Assembly (NCBI GenBank): GCA_001642005.1 | Contig: LWCA01000329.1 | Coordinates: 1-32,030 of the forward strand | Source: Intoshia linei | Lineage: Eukaryota; Animalia; Orthonectida | Direction of reading: 5' to 3' | Length of the DNA stretch: 32,030 bases | Part shown: positions 1-13,190 of the stretch, one piece after another | Position numbering within the stretch: the first letter of the stretch is position 1 | How the letters are laid out: each line of letters begins with the position of its first letter | The notes under the pieces: generated by a model | Told to the model about the DNA's origin: nothing | Seen by the model: the letters and a program-made list of their open reading frames with translations, nothing else | Databases searched by the model: none | Translations under genes and position numbers: made by a program

Positions 1-1
1 C

Positions 2-711
2 GAATTTAAACTAGTTGAAGATACTACGACGGAAATTATTTTGCAATTCTTGGACAATATATTTGCGCGCGAAGGGTTACCAAAAGTTATAATATCTGAT
101 AATGTGAACCAATTTAAATCTAATAAATGGAAGATGTTTTTACAGAAACGCGGCATTACATCAAAATACACATAAAATTATCATCCTCAGAGTAATGGAT
201 TGGTAGAGAGATTCAATAAAACGGTGAAGGAGAAATTGCGGATTGGCGTGAAAGTGAGTAATGATGTAAACTACGTTGTTAATGATATTCTGATGATGTA
301 TAGAGCTGTTCCTCACTCAACTATACGGGTATCACCCTCTCAATTACAACAGGGTAGTACTCTCATTACTCGATTATCTCTTGAGTTAGAAATTCCAACT
401 TGGAATCTAGTCCAGTTAGTACCGAGCAGGCAGATCTTATCGCCAGAAAGAATGTGCAAAAATGCCAAGAGAAATTAATTGGAAATAATAGAACGAAAGA
501 AAGACATTTAACAGTTGGTGAATGTGTGCGGGTTAAACGTCCACAATTAAAGGTATATTCTATGTTACAGCCATTGAAAATAGTTGAAGTAATTAAACCA
601 GGTACATATAAATTAGAAGATTCGTCTGTCTGGAACGGTAGAGAGAAAGAGAATAGAGTTAGTTTGATATTGATTGTTATTAAAATAAACCAGAATATAA
701 AATATGGGTAA
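2..711 (+). pseudogene. Degenerate Ty3/Gypsy-type LTR retrotransposon integrase (rve core plus C-terminal region), cut by the window edge
   Basis: Frame 2 reads ...FAREGLPKVIISDNVNQFKS...RGITSKYT*NYHPQSNGLVERFNKTVK, the G-x-P..SDN / YHPQSNG..ERFN motifs of retroelement integrases. In-frame TAA at 173-175, then a frameshift into ORF 400-711 (LTVGECVRVK...PLKIVEVIKPGTYKLE, GPY/F-like C-terminus). Confidence 0.9.
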
Positions 712-1372
712 CATGAAAAATAAAAATATCGTTTTACGTCTCTTCGTCAGGAAGCATATGCATTACACTGAATAATGTTGATTCAATTCAATTTAAATTA
801 TGAAACTCCATGTTGTCTAAAATTTAGGCCAAACTGTATAAGGTGGTATTATGTATGTCTAACTGGCAGTGTGGTTATAATATATTATCATAAATTGTAT
901 TCTTCGTGACTACTATTGTAGAGTTCAAATCGGAATTTCCGATTCGGACATGTTATTATTTGAGTTCCTCTCTGTCAATCGTTACACTATGCATACGCAA
1001 TATAATAAAATACCAAGATAATATGGTATAGAAATCAACTGTTAGTCTCAAGTTGAGACTCTCAACAAATAGCGCGAAACTTGAGATTACGAATCCAAGA
1101 CAATATTTAAATAATAACAAAATATTTGACAACTTTATTTTATCAATGTTGGTATGAAAAATTTCATTGACTTTTAAACAAATAAATTGAAATACCTCTA
1201 TCACATGCAATTGTAAACTCAATGTTATGTGTACAAATTTTTCATATTTAATCTTTTAAAAAATTATCTCTACTCTGAAATTTTGAAACAAGTAATTTGA
1301 TGACATTACTACACATTATAAATTAAAACTGGACCACTTTGGTGTTCAAAATTTATAAAATTTAAATTTAGT

Positions 1373-4300
1373 ATGCAAATTTTTGACAACATTGAAGATG
1401 TGAACAACAAATTGGATTCTACAGATAATTTGGCTCGTATTGAATGTATTCCAAAAATTATTAATTTCTTCCAAGAATGTGATTTGAGTTGTTTCAATTA
1501 CAATACTACATCATTCGACAAATTATTAAACCATATACTTGTAATGATAAAGAACAGCAATTTTAAAATATCTTCAAAAAGTATGCAGTTGTTATGTGTA
1601 ATTATTTTAAGAATTGGGTTAGACAACTTTCGACCCTATTTCAATCAATTTTCTTCTACTATAGTAGACCACTTGGGTCACACCAAAATTAATTGTCGTG
1701 ACGCTGCTATTGAAGCGATAATTTTACTTATTAAATCTATTGGAAATTTACAAAATTCTACTGATTTTATTGTTAGAATTTTAAATCACAAATCCTGTCG
1801 AATTCGTGAAAATGTGATTCTTTGTCTACAACAAATGCTTAGCGATAATTTTACTCCTAAAAATGGAGATACAATAATTTCATTTAATTTGCAGACTATA
1901 ATTAGTTTAACAAAATTGGTTACCGTTATATGCACATTGGTTTCTGATGCTAATCCTAATGTCAGAAATGCTTCAACAAATTTTCTGTTATTTCTTTTTC
2001 GAATATATGATAAAAAAGTAATTTCTATTGTTCAAAGGCAAAATAGTGGAAATATTACACGTTTATCGGGTATAATTAATAAAATGAACGAAATTGAAAA
2101 AACTAAAGATCATACTGAATATCAAAACAAATTGATGCAATTAAAACAAACTTTAGCTAGTAATGATTATCAAAGACCAGATATGAAACTTTCTAGTAAA
2201 AACGTTTCCCAGTCATCAATAAACACAACATGTTCTACTAAGCGTCCTAGAACTGGTAAAAAATTATCAACCTCGTCCTTAAATAAATTAGGACTAAGAT
2301 CTCGCCGTCCCGTGACTGGGTTAAGATCCATACAGCACAGTCAAAAATCAAGCTTTGAATCTATTGCACATGATGATATGACAAATTTTGTCATTAATAA
2401 ATTTGAAATTGAATTTTTAAAGGTTAATAAATTACATTTTAATAAAAAACAATTGGAAATTTTATTAAATAGTAATCAAAAAGATTTGGCTAGAACAAAT
2501 CATAACTTTTGGAACGAACGGTTAGAATCTCTTGTCCAACTCCGAAGCATTACTTTTTCTGTTTATGATTCTGAAAATAGAGATATAGCTTGTGTAAATT
2601 TTATGAATTCATCTCTTCGGTCGATTGCATTGAATATTATATCTACATTAACAGATAACCGATCCCAATTAATAATTGAATCGACTATAACGATTGCGTA
2701 CATGGCAAAAATGATCAAGTCAAAATTTGAAATTGTTGCAGAAATTATGATCACTTCATTAATTTCTACATTGGCTAACGTCAAGTGTAATGCTGATGCG
2801 AGCCGAACCTGTCTAATGTATGTTTTTGAAAACGTTTGTAGTGTAAGACTTTTTAATGCATTGGTGACTAGCACAGATTGTAGAAATCCCATCATTCACA
2901 AGGAAGTTGCTCGGTTTCTATACATTATTTTGAAAATTTGGCCAAAATCTATTTTATCTAAATGTCAACATTCTAAAATTTCAGATTTAATTGAAAAATT
3001 TATGAATGACTCGGACCAAGAAGCTCGTAGAATTGGTCGTAAGTGTTTCTTTTTAGTGAAATCATTTTTTATTCCAAAATTAACTGACAAATTATATAAT
3101 AAATTGGATGAATCTAAACGAAAAATTTTAGTTCGGGAGGAAAGTCTTGTAGAAAACGACGATTACTTTATTTACCCTAGACTAAACCCTGATCTTTCAC
3201 TTTCTAAAAGTTCTGTACTCACAACAGCTTCTAAAATAGAGAAAAGTCAAAAGACAATTTTAGATAAATCATTTAGTCGGAATGCTTCGTGTCCTAATTC
3301 TGAAAAAATCTCAACTTCAATTTTCACTAAAAGAATTAATAGTTCTGAAGATCAATGTACCAAAATTAGCATAAGCAGTAAAGTTAATACATCGATTAAT
3401 AAAACAATTGACAACTCTGTTGTAGAATTTTCCGCTTCAGAAGAACATCCAGATTCTTTAAATGGTGAAACGCAATATTTGGAAAAATTAAATTGTAATG
3501 TTAGTATGTTATCTCACGATGTCAACAATTTAAATCTTAAAACAGAGTTTACTGTTTCTGCACACGAAGTTGAAGACGAAGATGATAATTTGTATGAAAG
3601 TAAAAGCGAAGAATTTACAGAAAATATGGTTTTTTTTGGCATTCGAGGTGGAAGTCATGTAGAGAGATTATTGGAATTTTTAATTCATAATGCCATTTTT
3701 TTTGAACATGATTTAAAAAGGAGGCATGAAAATGACAATGGAGTCGAAGATTTTTCTCTCAGTTCTAATGTATCTGATGATTATGATGTTCAAAATGTTG
3801 AAATGAAATCACTTATGCTTAGTATCAATGAAAAATATGATATTTCTAAAGGTATTTTTAATTTTAAATAAATTGATTTTATTTTTTACAACGCAATTAC
3901 ATTTTCCGTCTTTATCCTAATTTATATAAAACACTTTATTTGTGTGTTATCGTTTATTTCAATAATTGAGTCTAGAATTTTAAAAAAATTTATAGTTCAT
4001 GTTCAGATTTTTCATTTTAATTTCATTGAAATTGTATCAGAACCTACAAATAAATTTTACCTTTGCATTAATTATAAATTATATTAAAATAGTATTGGAA
4101 AAAGGGGATTTTTTCATTAAGGGTTGGTAAAATCGGATTTTTCAAAAAAATATTGAAAAAAGAGGATATTTCTTTAATTCGTTTCCCAGGTGCCGGTCCG
4201 CGAAATAATGTTGAAAAAATTAGTCAACTAATTAGAAGTCAATTTATCAATATTTTTTTAATATTGTCTAGTAATATCGCTTTAGTGGTCCGTGATAAAT

Positions 4301-5754
4301 TTTTTCATTTATTCATGCCTGCCGTGAAAAAAATGTGAAAACCTTGTTTTAAGCGTTGGAAAATTGGATTTTTATTTTAGGGTACGAGATAGAGATTTTT
4401 TTCTCATAAGAATTGGTAAAATCGTGTTTTTCAAAAAAATATTGGAAAAAGGGGGATTGGATTAAGTGGATTTTTCCAAAAAAGTAATATTTCTCTTAAG
4501 GGTTGGTAATATGGTATTTTTCTCATAAGGATTAATAATTATAGTAAAATTTTCAAAAAATCGGTAAAAGTCGATTTTTCCCTTATGGTTTCAAATGTAT
4601 TTTCTATTAACAAATTTAGTAAATTTTATAATGGTAGAATAAAAGTTGAATTTTTGTAATAATAAGGGTCATATAGCTTTCTTTGTTTGGTAGTGAGTGT
4701 TCTTTGAGATAAATTCTCAAACATCTGGCAACTCTGTAATATAAATATTAAAAATAAACAAAAGTTGATAATTTTTTTTATATATTTTATTTGAATTTCA
4801 CGGACCCCATGCATATAATTTTGGACCCCAAGTTGTCAAAAACCACAATCTGGAACCACTTATCTATATATGTTTAAATTTATTGTTTTAAAAGCCACTG
4901 CCTTACTACGTGATCTACTACTATGTAATTTTATCATTTTTCGTAAAACATTGGGATTATTTTTGAACAATAAAAATTTTTAATTTAATTTTTTAGAAGA
5001 CTATTTAACAAATTCAAACATTGAACTTATACTGGAAGAGTTATCAAACCACAATAAAAGACGGCTTCATAGAGTTTGTTCATTTGCTCGTTTATTATGG
5101 GCTTTTGAGCGTAAAAATCTAAGTGAAGCTTGTTTGAATCACATTCAACCTTTGTGTTTTATTTTGATTGAATCATTAAGCGACAAGTACATGGAAATAC
5201 GAATAGTAGTATTATTGGTTTTACGAGTAATTTCTGTAAACCATTGGTCAAAAATTTCTATGAATGGTCATTTAATATTAACAAAAATTATACATGTGAT
5301 TGAAAATGATGATGAAAATCCTGTAATAACTGCTGGGAAACTGTGCTCAATTATCATTGCTTATAAAATGAAAATTAATAAAACAATTTCTTGCTTAAAA
5401 GTTTATATAAATAGACAAAATTACCCTTCAAATAAAATTGCTCTCGCAATTTTAATAAACGCCATAAAATATTGTACCGAATCGGAAGTAACAGAATATA
5501 TTTGTCCATTGGTACCACTTATACTTCATTCTTACAATGATTCTCCAATTAGCCAAGTCAGAAAAGAATGTGTTTTTTGTCTTGTAGAAATATACCTTGT
5601 CATTGGAAACGGGTTACTTCCATATATTGCTGATCTCAGACAAAGTAAAAAAAAACTCTTAAACATTTATATCAAACGAGCTGTCACAAATAAATACAAA
5701 TCTACAGAAAAAACAACATTAAACCATTTTGAATCACCTCTAAGTCATAAATAA
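1373..5754 (+). CDS. CLASP: CLIP-associating protein CLASP; join(1373..3851,4997..5754), 1078 aa
   Basis: HEAT/TOG1 (NSNFKIS, DHLGHTK, LVSDANPNVRNAS), TOG2 (FWNERLESLVQLRS, DNRSQLIIE, DSDQEARRIGRKCF) and C-terminal CLIP-interacting domain (ILEELSNHN, SQVRKECVFCLVEIY, KKKLLNIYIKRA). GT-AG intron 3852-4996, phase 1, keeps the frame. Confidence 0.92.
4095..4590. repeat. Degenerate array of the ~30-bp unit (TTTTCYCWTAAGGGTTGGTAAAAYYGGATT-like), interrupted by a probable hAT MITE fragment (~4170-4346)
   Basis: Repeated taagggttggtaaaatcggattt / taagaattggtaaaatcg / taagggttggtaat units inside the CLASP intron. The same unit recurs at many sites in the window. Confidence 0.7.
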
Positions 5755-5845
5755 TTTTATAAAGTATTTTTTTTAAGACACTTAATGTTTCTAAATTTTT
5801 TGTATATTGCAATAAATTGTAAGTACACAAATGTAAAATGTATTT

Positions 5846-8800
5846 TCAATTGGACATGTTAATCTCGGTTGCACAATATTTGAGATAATTCATCTGATGT
5901 ATATGTTTAAAATATTTTCCCAAATTTTCCTTTTTATTTTCAGATAAATTTACCAATTTGTAAGATATCATTTCTTTACAAAGTTGCTAAATTTAAATGT
6001 AAAATTTTGAAATAAAAATTAAAACCTTTTTTAAATAATGAGTATTTTTATTAATGGGTTTAAATTGTATAGGTTGAATTGTATAATCAAATTGATTTAA
6101 TGTTTGTATCATTGATTGCACATTGTTGGAATTTTTTTCTTTATAAAAACTTGATAATTTATATCTTAATTCATTCAACTTGGAATCACACATTTCCCGA
6201 ATTTCTTCAATTTCGTTTTTTGTACAGAGTTTATGATTATTACAATAATCATCTTGTATTTGGTTTTCAATTTTTTTTTTCAAATCAATATTTATTTTTG
6301 TAACATTTTCCAATTGTTCTTTTAAATCACTTTGATAATTTTTACTTGAATCAATTTTTTGATCAAGTTTATCCTTGAAAATATTGACTTGCTTTTTTAA
6401 TTTTTCAGACTCAATGAAATGCTTTTTACAAGTAGATTTTAATTTTTCATCGATTGTTACATTGCGTATTTTTTCTATGGAAAGTTGTTCTTTTAATTCT
6501 GTCAATTTAATTTCAAATACTCTATCAGTAGCCAATTCTTGTGTTATTGTTTCAGTTTTGTCACATTTTAATTTATGACAAATTTTACTCATATATTGAT
6601 AAATATCAATTTTAATAGTTTCGATAGATGAATTGTTTAAATTCATCATAAAATCATAAATAAAATTTAAAAGGTCAATAAGGCTACCTTCTCTAGCATC
6701 ATTTTTTAAAATTGAAGTTATAAAGATTGAAATTTTTCCATCAATGTCAGTGACATAATTACCCATGTCACTTTCTGGTGTAATATATTTATTTTTTGTA
6801 AAATCGCCATTAAAATCTTTGACAAGTTTATTATAAATGTTTTTAGTATCCACTTGAATGGATTCATGCAACTTTATATAAATTTCCATAATTTGAAAAA
6901 AATTTGAAAAAAAAGTATGTAAAGGTATAGGAATATTTAAACTAGGAATTGTATAATTTATAAGAGGTTCTAAATTGATTGGTTCGCTTAATTCATATTC
7001 TATTAATTGTCTAAAAATTTCGCTACAAGATTTATAAAAATATGAAATTTCATTTTCATAATTCCTATTGGTAAATACAGCCAAATAAATACCTTCAATT
7101 TGTGTCTTCATGTGTAAAAGAAACGCTATTGTAATTTGAAAACTGGACAAATATAAATCATGACAAAAACCACGTCCAAGTAATTCAATTTTTAGTAAAG
7201 TATTTATCAAAATTTTATTTAATTTTTCAACCCTTTCAATTTGAACAAAATATTGTATTAGGGGTATATATTCATGACATGATGGGTCAATATATTTTAA
7301 TAATTTTTCAAAATTTTCCAAAGATTCAATTTCAATTCTAATTACATTTTTAATTAATACTCTTCCAATTTTTTTCCATATGTGATCAATTTTTTTCGAG
7401 ACGTTGTTGTTTGTAATTGTAAAGTCTTCTTTTTCTTCAATTTCAAATTCCATTTTTGCAATTTTATCTTTTAAAAATTTAATATTTTGTCGATATTCTT
7501 TGCAGCTAATTTCTTTTTGCTCCATAGAATTTTTATAGTCTAAAGATTGCATCTTAATTTCATAATTTTTTTTTTCCAAGTTACAAATTTCTAATTTAAG
7601 TTCATCAATTGATTCTTTATAATTTTCGCAAAGTTCTTCATTTGTTTCATATAAAGATTCAAGGTTTGTTCGTTCTTCCAAAAGTATTTCAATAGTATTT
7701 TCCTGGTCCAATATTTTTTCACTTAAAGTTTCAACCATATCTTGGGCATATGAAGCAGAATCTACTTGTTCCAGAAGATTATATACTTTTTTTTGAATTA
7801 ATTTATTTTTATTTTTCAATTCAGCTTCCACGTTGACTAATTTTTTTAAATGTATGTTGCTCTTCGAAAGTTGACCTGTTAAATTTTCAATTTCTTGTTT
7901 TTCGTTAATTGATAATTGTCGCATTTTCAATATCACTTCTTTAAGACTTTGAATTTTTTCCTTTAAAAACATCATTTCAGTAATTGAAGGGTTATTATTA
8001 ATTGATTTATTTGAGCGCTCACTAATGTCTGAATCTGTTAATTTTTTAATTTTCTCTTTAAGTGCGAGCAACTCATTGTCCAAATTATTAATAGTTTCAT
8101 TTTTTAATTCAATTTCCTCTTCAGCTGTTTCTTTGTCTAATGTAGCCAATTCCAACAATTCTTGATAATCTTGCATTTCCTCTCTGTATTCATCAAATTT
8201 TTGACTAGTAGATTTTATTTTATCAGTTAATTCATCAACTCGTTTTTGTAATAACGTACTTTTTTCTACGGCTTTATTTTTAGATTCCGTTAATTGATCA
8301 ATTTTTACGTTCAATATATCCATTTGAGCGTTATCTGTGCTTATATCCAGCCTAGAATAGGATGTTTTTGTTTCCCTAGGGCTACAAAGACTTAATTTTG
8401 ACAAAAATAGATTCTTGCTTCTTTTTAAATTTGATATATTTAAATCTAAATCTTTTTCTTTACCAGCACTTAAAATATTTAAATTTACAGATTCCGGACT
8501 ATCAAAACTTTTTCTTTTTGAAATTTTATTAAAATTTTTATCTATTGTTGAAGGAATTAGATTTAATTTTGGTATTTCTGATTTTACTTTAAACAATTTT
8601 TTTGTAAAACTCTTAGATTTTCTTTTATCATTCATTATATCCGATTTTCGAGAAGGAATTTTGCAGATTAATTCGTCTACTTTTGGTTCAATATTTACAA
8701 TCTCATCACATTGCATAATTGAACTTTGATTTTTTTTTAAATTAAGATTTGAAAACTTATCGATAATTTTTGGTTCATCATTATGATCCGTCTTAAAAAA

Positions 8801-11800
8801 AAAGTCAGCATTGAAATTTGACTTTTCCATTATATTCAAACTTTCAAATGATTCATTTAATGGAACATCAGACACTGCAAAATCTTTACGGTTCGTAAAT
8901 TCGTTCAACTGTTCATCATTACAAGTATTGTCACACCCACTTATAAATGTTTCATCTAATTCATACTTTGCCATCATTTCAGTTTTATCTAAACTTGGAT
9001 CTATTATTCCTATTGATGCATCGACTTTTTTCAAAGTTTCATGATTAATATCATCAGATTCAATATTGTCTACACATGGAAAATTCAAAATTGAAAAATT
9101 TGACTTTATTTTCGAGGTATCAATTTCTGGAGATTTATCTTTAATCACATTTGAATATCTTAATTGTTTGGTTACTTTAATTGTAGGTTCAATATTTTGA
9201 CTAAAACGCCTCGAAACTTCTGGTGGTTTAATTTTACTAGTAAACCCAAATTTTTTCTTGATGGTATCTTTAGTTTTAAGACAATTCGATTGAGATTGTA
9301 AATCATCTTTCAAATTGGAACAATTCACTTTTGATTTAATACATAATCCATCAGATTTTTCTGAATTTTTATAAAATATATTTGCATTTTCAGGGTTAAA
9401 CACTAATTTAGAAATAATATCATTAGGTTCAAAAATTTTTTCATTATTCAATGTTTTGTTTTTAGGTGTAGCATCAATAAAATTTTTTTCTACACACTTT
9501 GAATTTTTCACAAATGTTTTTGTTTTCGGAATAGGTAAAAATCCACTTATTTTATCTGTATTGCTTTTATAACCAAATTTGTTTATACTTAGAATCTTTG
9601 ACTTTAATGGGAGGTTAAATTTATCCGCAATTGGTGTTTCTGGTTCTTTTTTAAATAATTGTATTTGAGATTTTCTACAAAATATCCCATGATTTGGAGA
9701 ACAATTAAAATAACGTATATTATTCACGGAACCATTGTTTTTTCCAAGAGCTTCATGTAATTCGATTCCTATCCATTTTCCTGTGAAAATTAATAATAAT
9801 TTATAATTTTGAAAATTTTTCAAAATAAAATAATTATATACTAGGCCAGGGGTGCACAACGTGCGGCCGTGGGCAATACATCTGATCATAATGCAATATA
9901 TCATTTTACTTCAAGTTGAAACATAAAAATGATATTTTATTCAAGGTCTATTTAAAATATTTTAATCAAAAAGTTACATTCTTGACTTTGCCCAAGTTTC
10001 TCAAGTGTTAGCGAAGGGCACACAAAATCCAGGCAGTCACTGATATCTTTTTTTTATGTTATTATTAATATTTACATATTTTTTTATGTCTTCCACTCTA
10101 ATGTATCAACAAATCGGTTTTTAATGGAACTTCTGTTGTCCAACTAATATTAATTATTTATTTAATTATACCAAAAAATTAATGATTAATATTTTTTTAA
10201 AATCAGGTTTTTTCTTATGATGTGTGTACTTTTTCTTATGGAATGAGTCAGAAGAATTATTGATCTAAACTTTTGGTAAAATGGCATTTTTCATAAAAAT
10301 ATTGATAAAAGCGATTTTTTTACTCAAGAGTTAGTGAAATTTTGTTTTTTCTTTTAGAAGCAGATATGGTAGTTTTTATTCTAAAACTTTGGTAAAAATG
10401 GATTTTTAACAAAAATATTGGTAAAAAAAGATTTCTTCCTTAATGGTTGGTAAAATTTTGATTTTTTCTCATAAGATTATATTAAATTGGATGATTTAAT
10501 GAAATATGTTGAAAATTGTAGATTAGGCTACAATCATCTAAATTTTCGTATTCACACCTTGGGGTGACCAGTCACCCCATGAACAACACTGCATAAATCC
10601 TACTATTGCTATTTATTCCGATTCAGATAAATGACAAATGTGGTGTTAATTTATGAGTAATTTAAAGATAATTTTTTAATTGAAAATTAATCTTAAAACT
10701 TGCTAATATTAAAATTTAAAGAAAACTATTTTATTAAATATAAAATTTAGGTTTAGAGTAAACTTTCTCAATGTCCAAGTTAATTTTGTGCGGCCGTAGT
10801 ATCAATGAGAAAAGTAGCATTGTAGCTGAATTGGTGAAAACGTTGTGTGGAAACATGCACAATGTGCACCCCTGTACTAGGCTATAAAAATAAATGTTTA
10901 GTAAGGAAATAAATGTTGTAAAAAAGATGAAATTCTATGTTTAAAAATTTAAATCAGTTTGAATTCTATTATGAAATTTTAGAACATAACACAAAAGTTA
11001 AGATTTACAGTTCAATTTTATCAATTTAGTTTTATACTTTTAGATTTTTTTAAACTTTGAATAATATCTCAAACAAATAATGAAAATTTAAAAGGTTTCT
11101 CAAATGGGTACAGCTAAATTAATGTATTATTTCAAGAATTAATTTAATATTATTAAGGAGCAAACATCACTAAATCCAACTCCAAATGAGAAAACACACA
11201 TTTATCAAGCATTAAGGGAACAATCTACTTTGTAATATTTTTTGGAAAAATTCGATTTTCACAATCCTTACCATAATAATCCTCTTAACGGTTTTAAAAT
11301 TTTTTACTAAAATTTCAAAAATTCAACCATTTTTACAAAAAATCTGATTATACCAATCCTAAAAAGAAAAATCCAGTTTCACCAACTCTTTAAGGAAAAT
11401 TCTAGTTTTACCAACTATTAAATGCGAATCTAAAACACGCTCTATTTTCACTTTGGGTATTGAATTAGATTGCTTTATGCAAACATGAAATTCCATTTAG
11501 TTACAAAATTATAATTTTTAAGACAAGTTTTGCATTAGATAAAATGTTATTATCTTTACCCTTAGTGGAATTTTCCCTTAAGGGTTATTTTATTTATGGT
11601 TCTAAGCTAAATCATCTAGTATAACATTTGATGAAAAATAATTTTTTTGTAATGCTTTTTATATAAATTTCTAGTGAATTTAAATAAAAAACAAGCAAAA
11701 TAAACAGAACAAAACGATAAAGCGTGAAACCGTTAATGCAACACTAAAAGAAAAAATACAATTTTACCAAATCTAAGGGAAAAATCCATGTTCAGCCACC

Positions 11801-13190
11801 CTTAAAGGTGAAATCCACTATTTCTAATTTTTTTTGAAAGTTGCCTAATTAAAAATATAATTAATATTTACATTAACTTAAATTATATAATATAATCAAA
11901 TTGCATTTTTTCTTTTAGCATTAAATGGAGGTTTTTTCTCGTAAGGTTTGGTAAAACCGGATTTTTTCATTAAGAGTTAGTAACTTTAGATTTAGTGTTG
12001 TTTTCTACTTAATGATATTAAATTAATTCCTGAAACAATACATTAATTTAGCGGTGAACCCTGGGGTCCTCTACATACACCCTATGAGATGCACTGAAAA
12101 TAAAAAATATTTTTTTAAAATTTAAATTGAAATTTATCTCTAGTTCCCTAAAATGTTGGTATTCAGAATCACAGGTTTCTAAAACACATTGAAATTATAA
12201 ATTTAAGAGATCATTTATATATTAAAAAAAAGGGTGTCAACTTAAATTCAACCATTTTTACTAAACTTTCAAAATCAAAATCAAATAAATCAAAATTTAC
12301 CAACCCTAAAAGAAAAAATTCGGTTTTAAAAACCCTTTAGAGAAAATTTTAGTTTTACCAACCTTTAAAGAAAAAATCCAGTTTTACAGAATTGCGGAGT
12401 ATCCCATAAAAACTCAATATCACAAACAAAACAAAAGGAAATTCTCAAATAGGAAGATTAGTGATAAACAAGTTATCCCGGAAGCATCAGATTCAATCAA
12501 AGTTTTCACGTGAAACCAACAGTTAACCCATATGGTGGAACTACCAAGGGTTTCCAAAGTTTTTTAATATGCCTTGCCTTCGTCAGTCGTAATTGTTTGA
12601 ATTATACATTGTTTAACTCTCTTTGTGCATGTCTATTTCAGAAAATTCAGACCTTCAAGCACGCTGTTTGCATTTTCTTTTTCACATAAACGGTTGGTAA
12701 AACTGGATTTTTCCATAAAGGGTTTTTAAAATCGAATTTTTCCATTAAAAGTTAATAAAAGTGGATTTTCCCATAAGGGTTGGAAAATTTTGGATTTTCC
12801 TTAGCAGTTTGTAAAAGTGAATTTTTAGTAAAAATAATGGGTTTAAAAATATTCTTTTCAAAAAAATGTACGTACTACGATCCATCTTGTTTATAGATTA
12901 GAAAAACATTTAATCATAAATTTGAATTAAAAATTGGCTGATCCTTTGTAAATTCATACCAAATTTTTGATAATCAGGACACCATTGAATTTACAATATT
13001 AGTAATTTTAGCCAAAATTTTCACCCAACCCAAAAAAGTGTATTAATCACCCCAAACAAATATTTAACAAATGGCAAAGAAATATACCTCCACAAAACTC
13101 GGTTTGTCCAATAAATTTAATGGTTCCCTTAAGGTTTTTATCATTCAAAATAACTGTATCGTTAACACTAAAATTTGAAATTTGTTCCAT
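5846..13190 (-). CDS. DCTN1: Dynactin subunit 1 (p150Glued); complement(join(5846..5986,6026..9780,13088..13190)), about 1332 aa
   Basis: Exon 1 MEQISNFSVNDTVILNDKNLKGTIKFIGQTEFCG joins in phase 1 to GKWIGIELHEALGKNNGSV..RYF.C..NHGIF, a complete CAP-Gly domain. p150-specific coiled-coil motifs LELATLDKETAEE and LLEQVDSA...MVETLSEKIL. The last 39-bp intron (5987-6025) is inferred from GT-AG and an open frame. The first ~40 aa of the ORF track lie in a transposon and intron and are not real. Confidence 0.9.
9847..10874 (+). mobile_element. Non-autonomous hAT (Charlie-like) DNA transposon, 1028 bp, in DCTN1 intron 1
   Basis: Perfect 12-bp TIR CAGGGGTGCACA...TGTGCACCCCTG and perfect 8-bp TSD TACTAGGC at 9839-9846 and 10875-10882. 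A second copy lies at about 24661-25681. Confidence 0.93.
11250..12000. repeat. ~30-bp-unit repeat blocks: forward at ~11250-11420 and ~11760-11830, reverse at ~11930-12000
   Basis: aaaatccagtttcaccaactctttaagg-type units, then aaggtttggtaaaaccggattttt-type units on the opposite strand. Confidence 0.6.
12242..12846. mobile_element. Foldback-like element: long imperfect inverted arms of tandem ~30-bp units around a ~290-bp unique core
   Basis: The left arm 12242-12390 (ttaaattcaaccatttttactaaa...ttttaccaacc units) is the approximate reverse complement of the right arm 12680-12846 (ggttggtaaaactggattttt units...tttagtaaaaataatgggtttaa). Confidence 0.65.

Noticed and set aside
956-1222. 88-aa hydrophobic ORF on the minus strand
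   Set aside because: Non-ATG start, no recognisable motif, and composition expected from AT-rich non-coding DNA.
9781-9904. N-terminal ~40 aa of the 1303-aa ORF (MIYCIMIRCIAHGRTLCTPG...)
   Set aside because: It reads through the hAT element end and the intron. The real first half of CAP-Gly is in exon 13088-13190.
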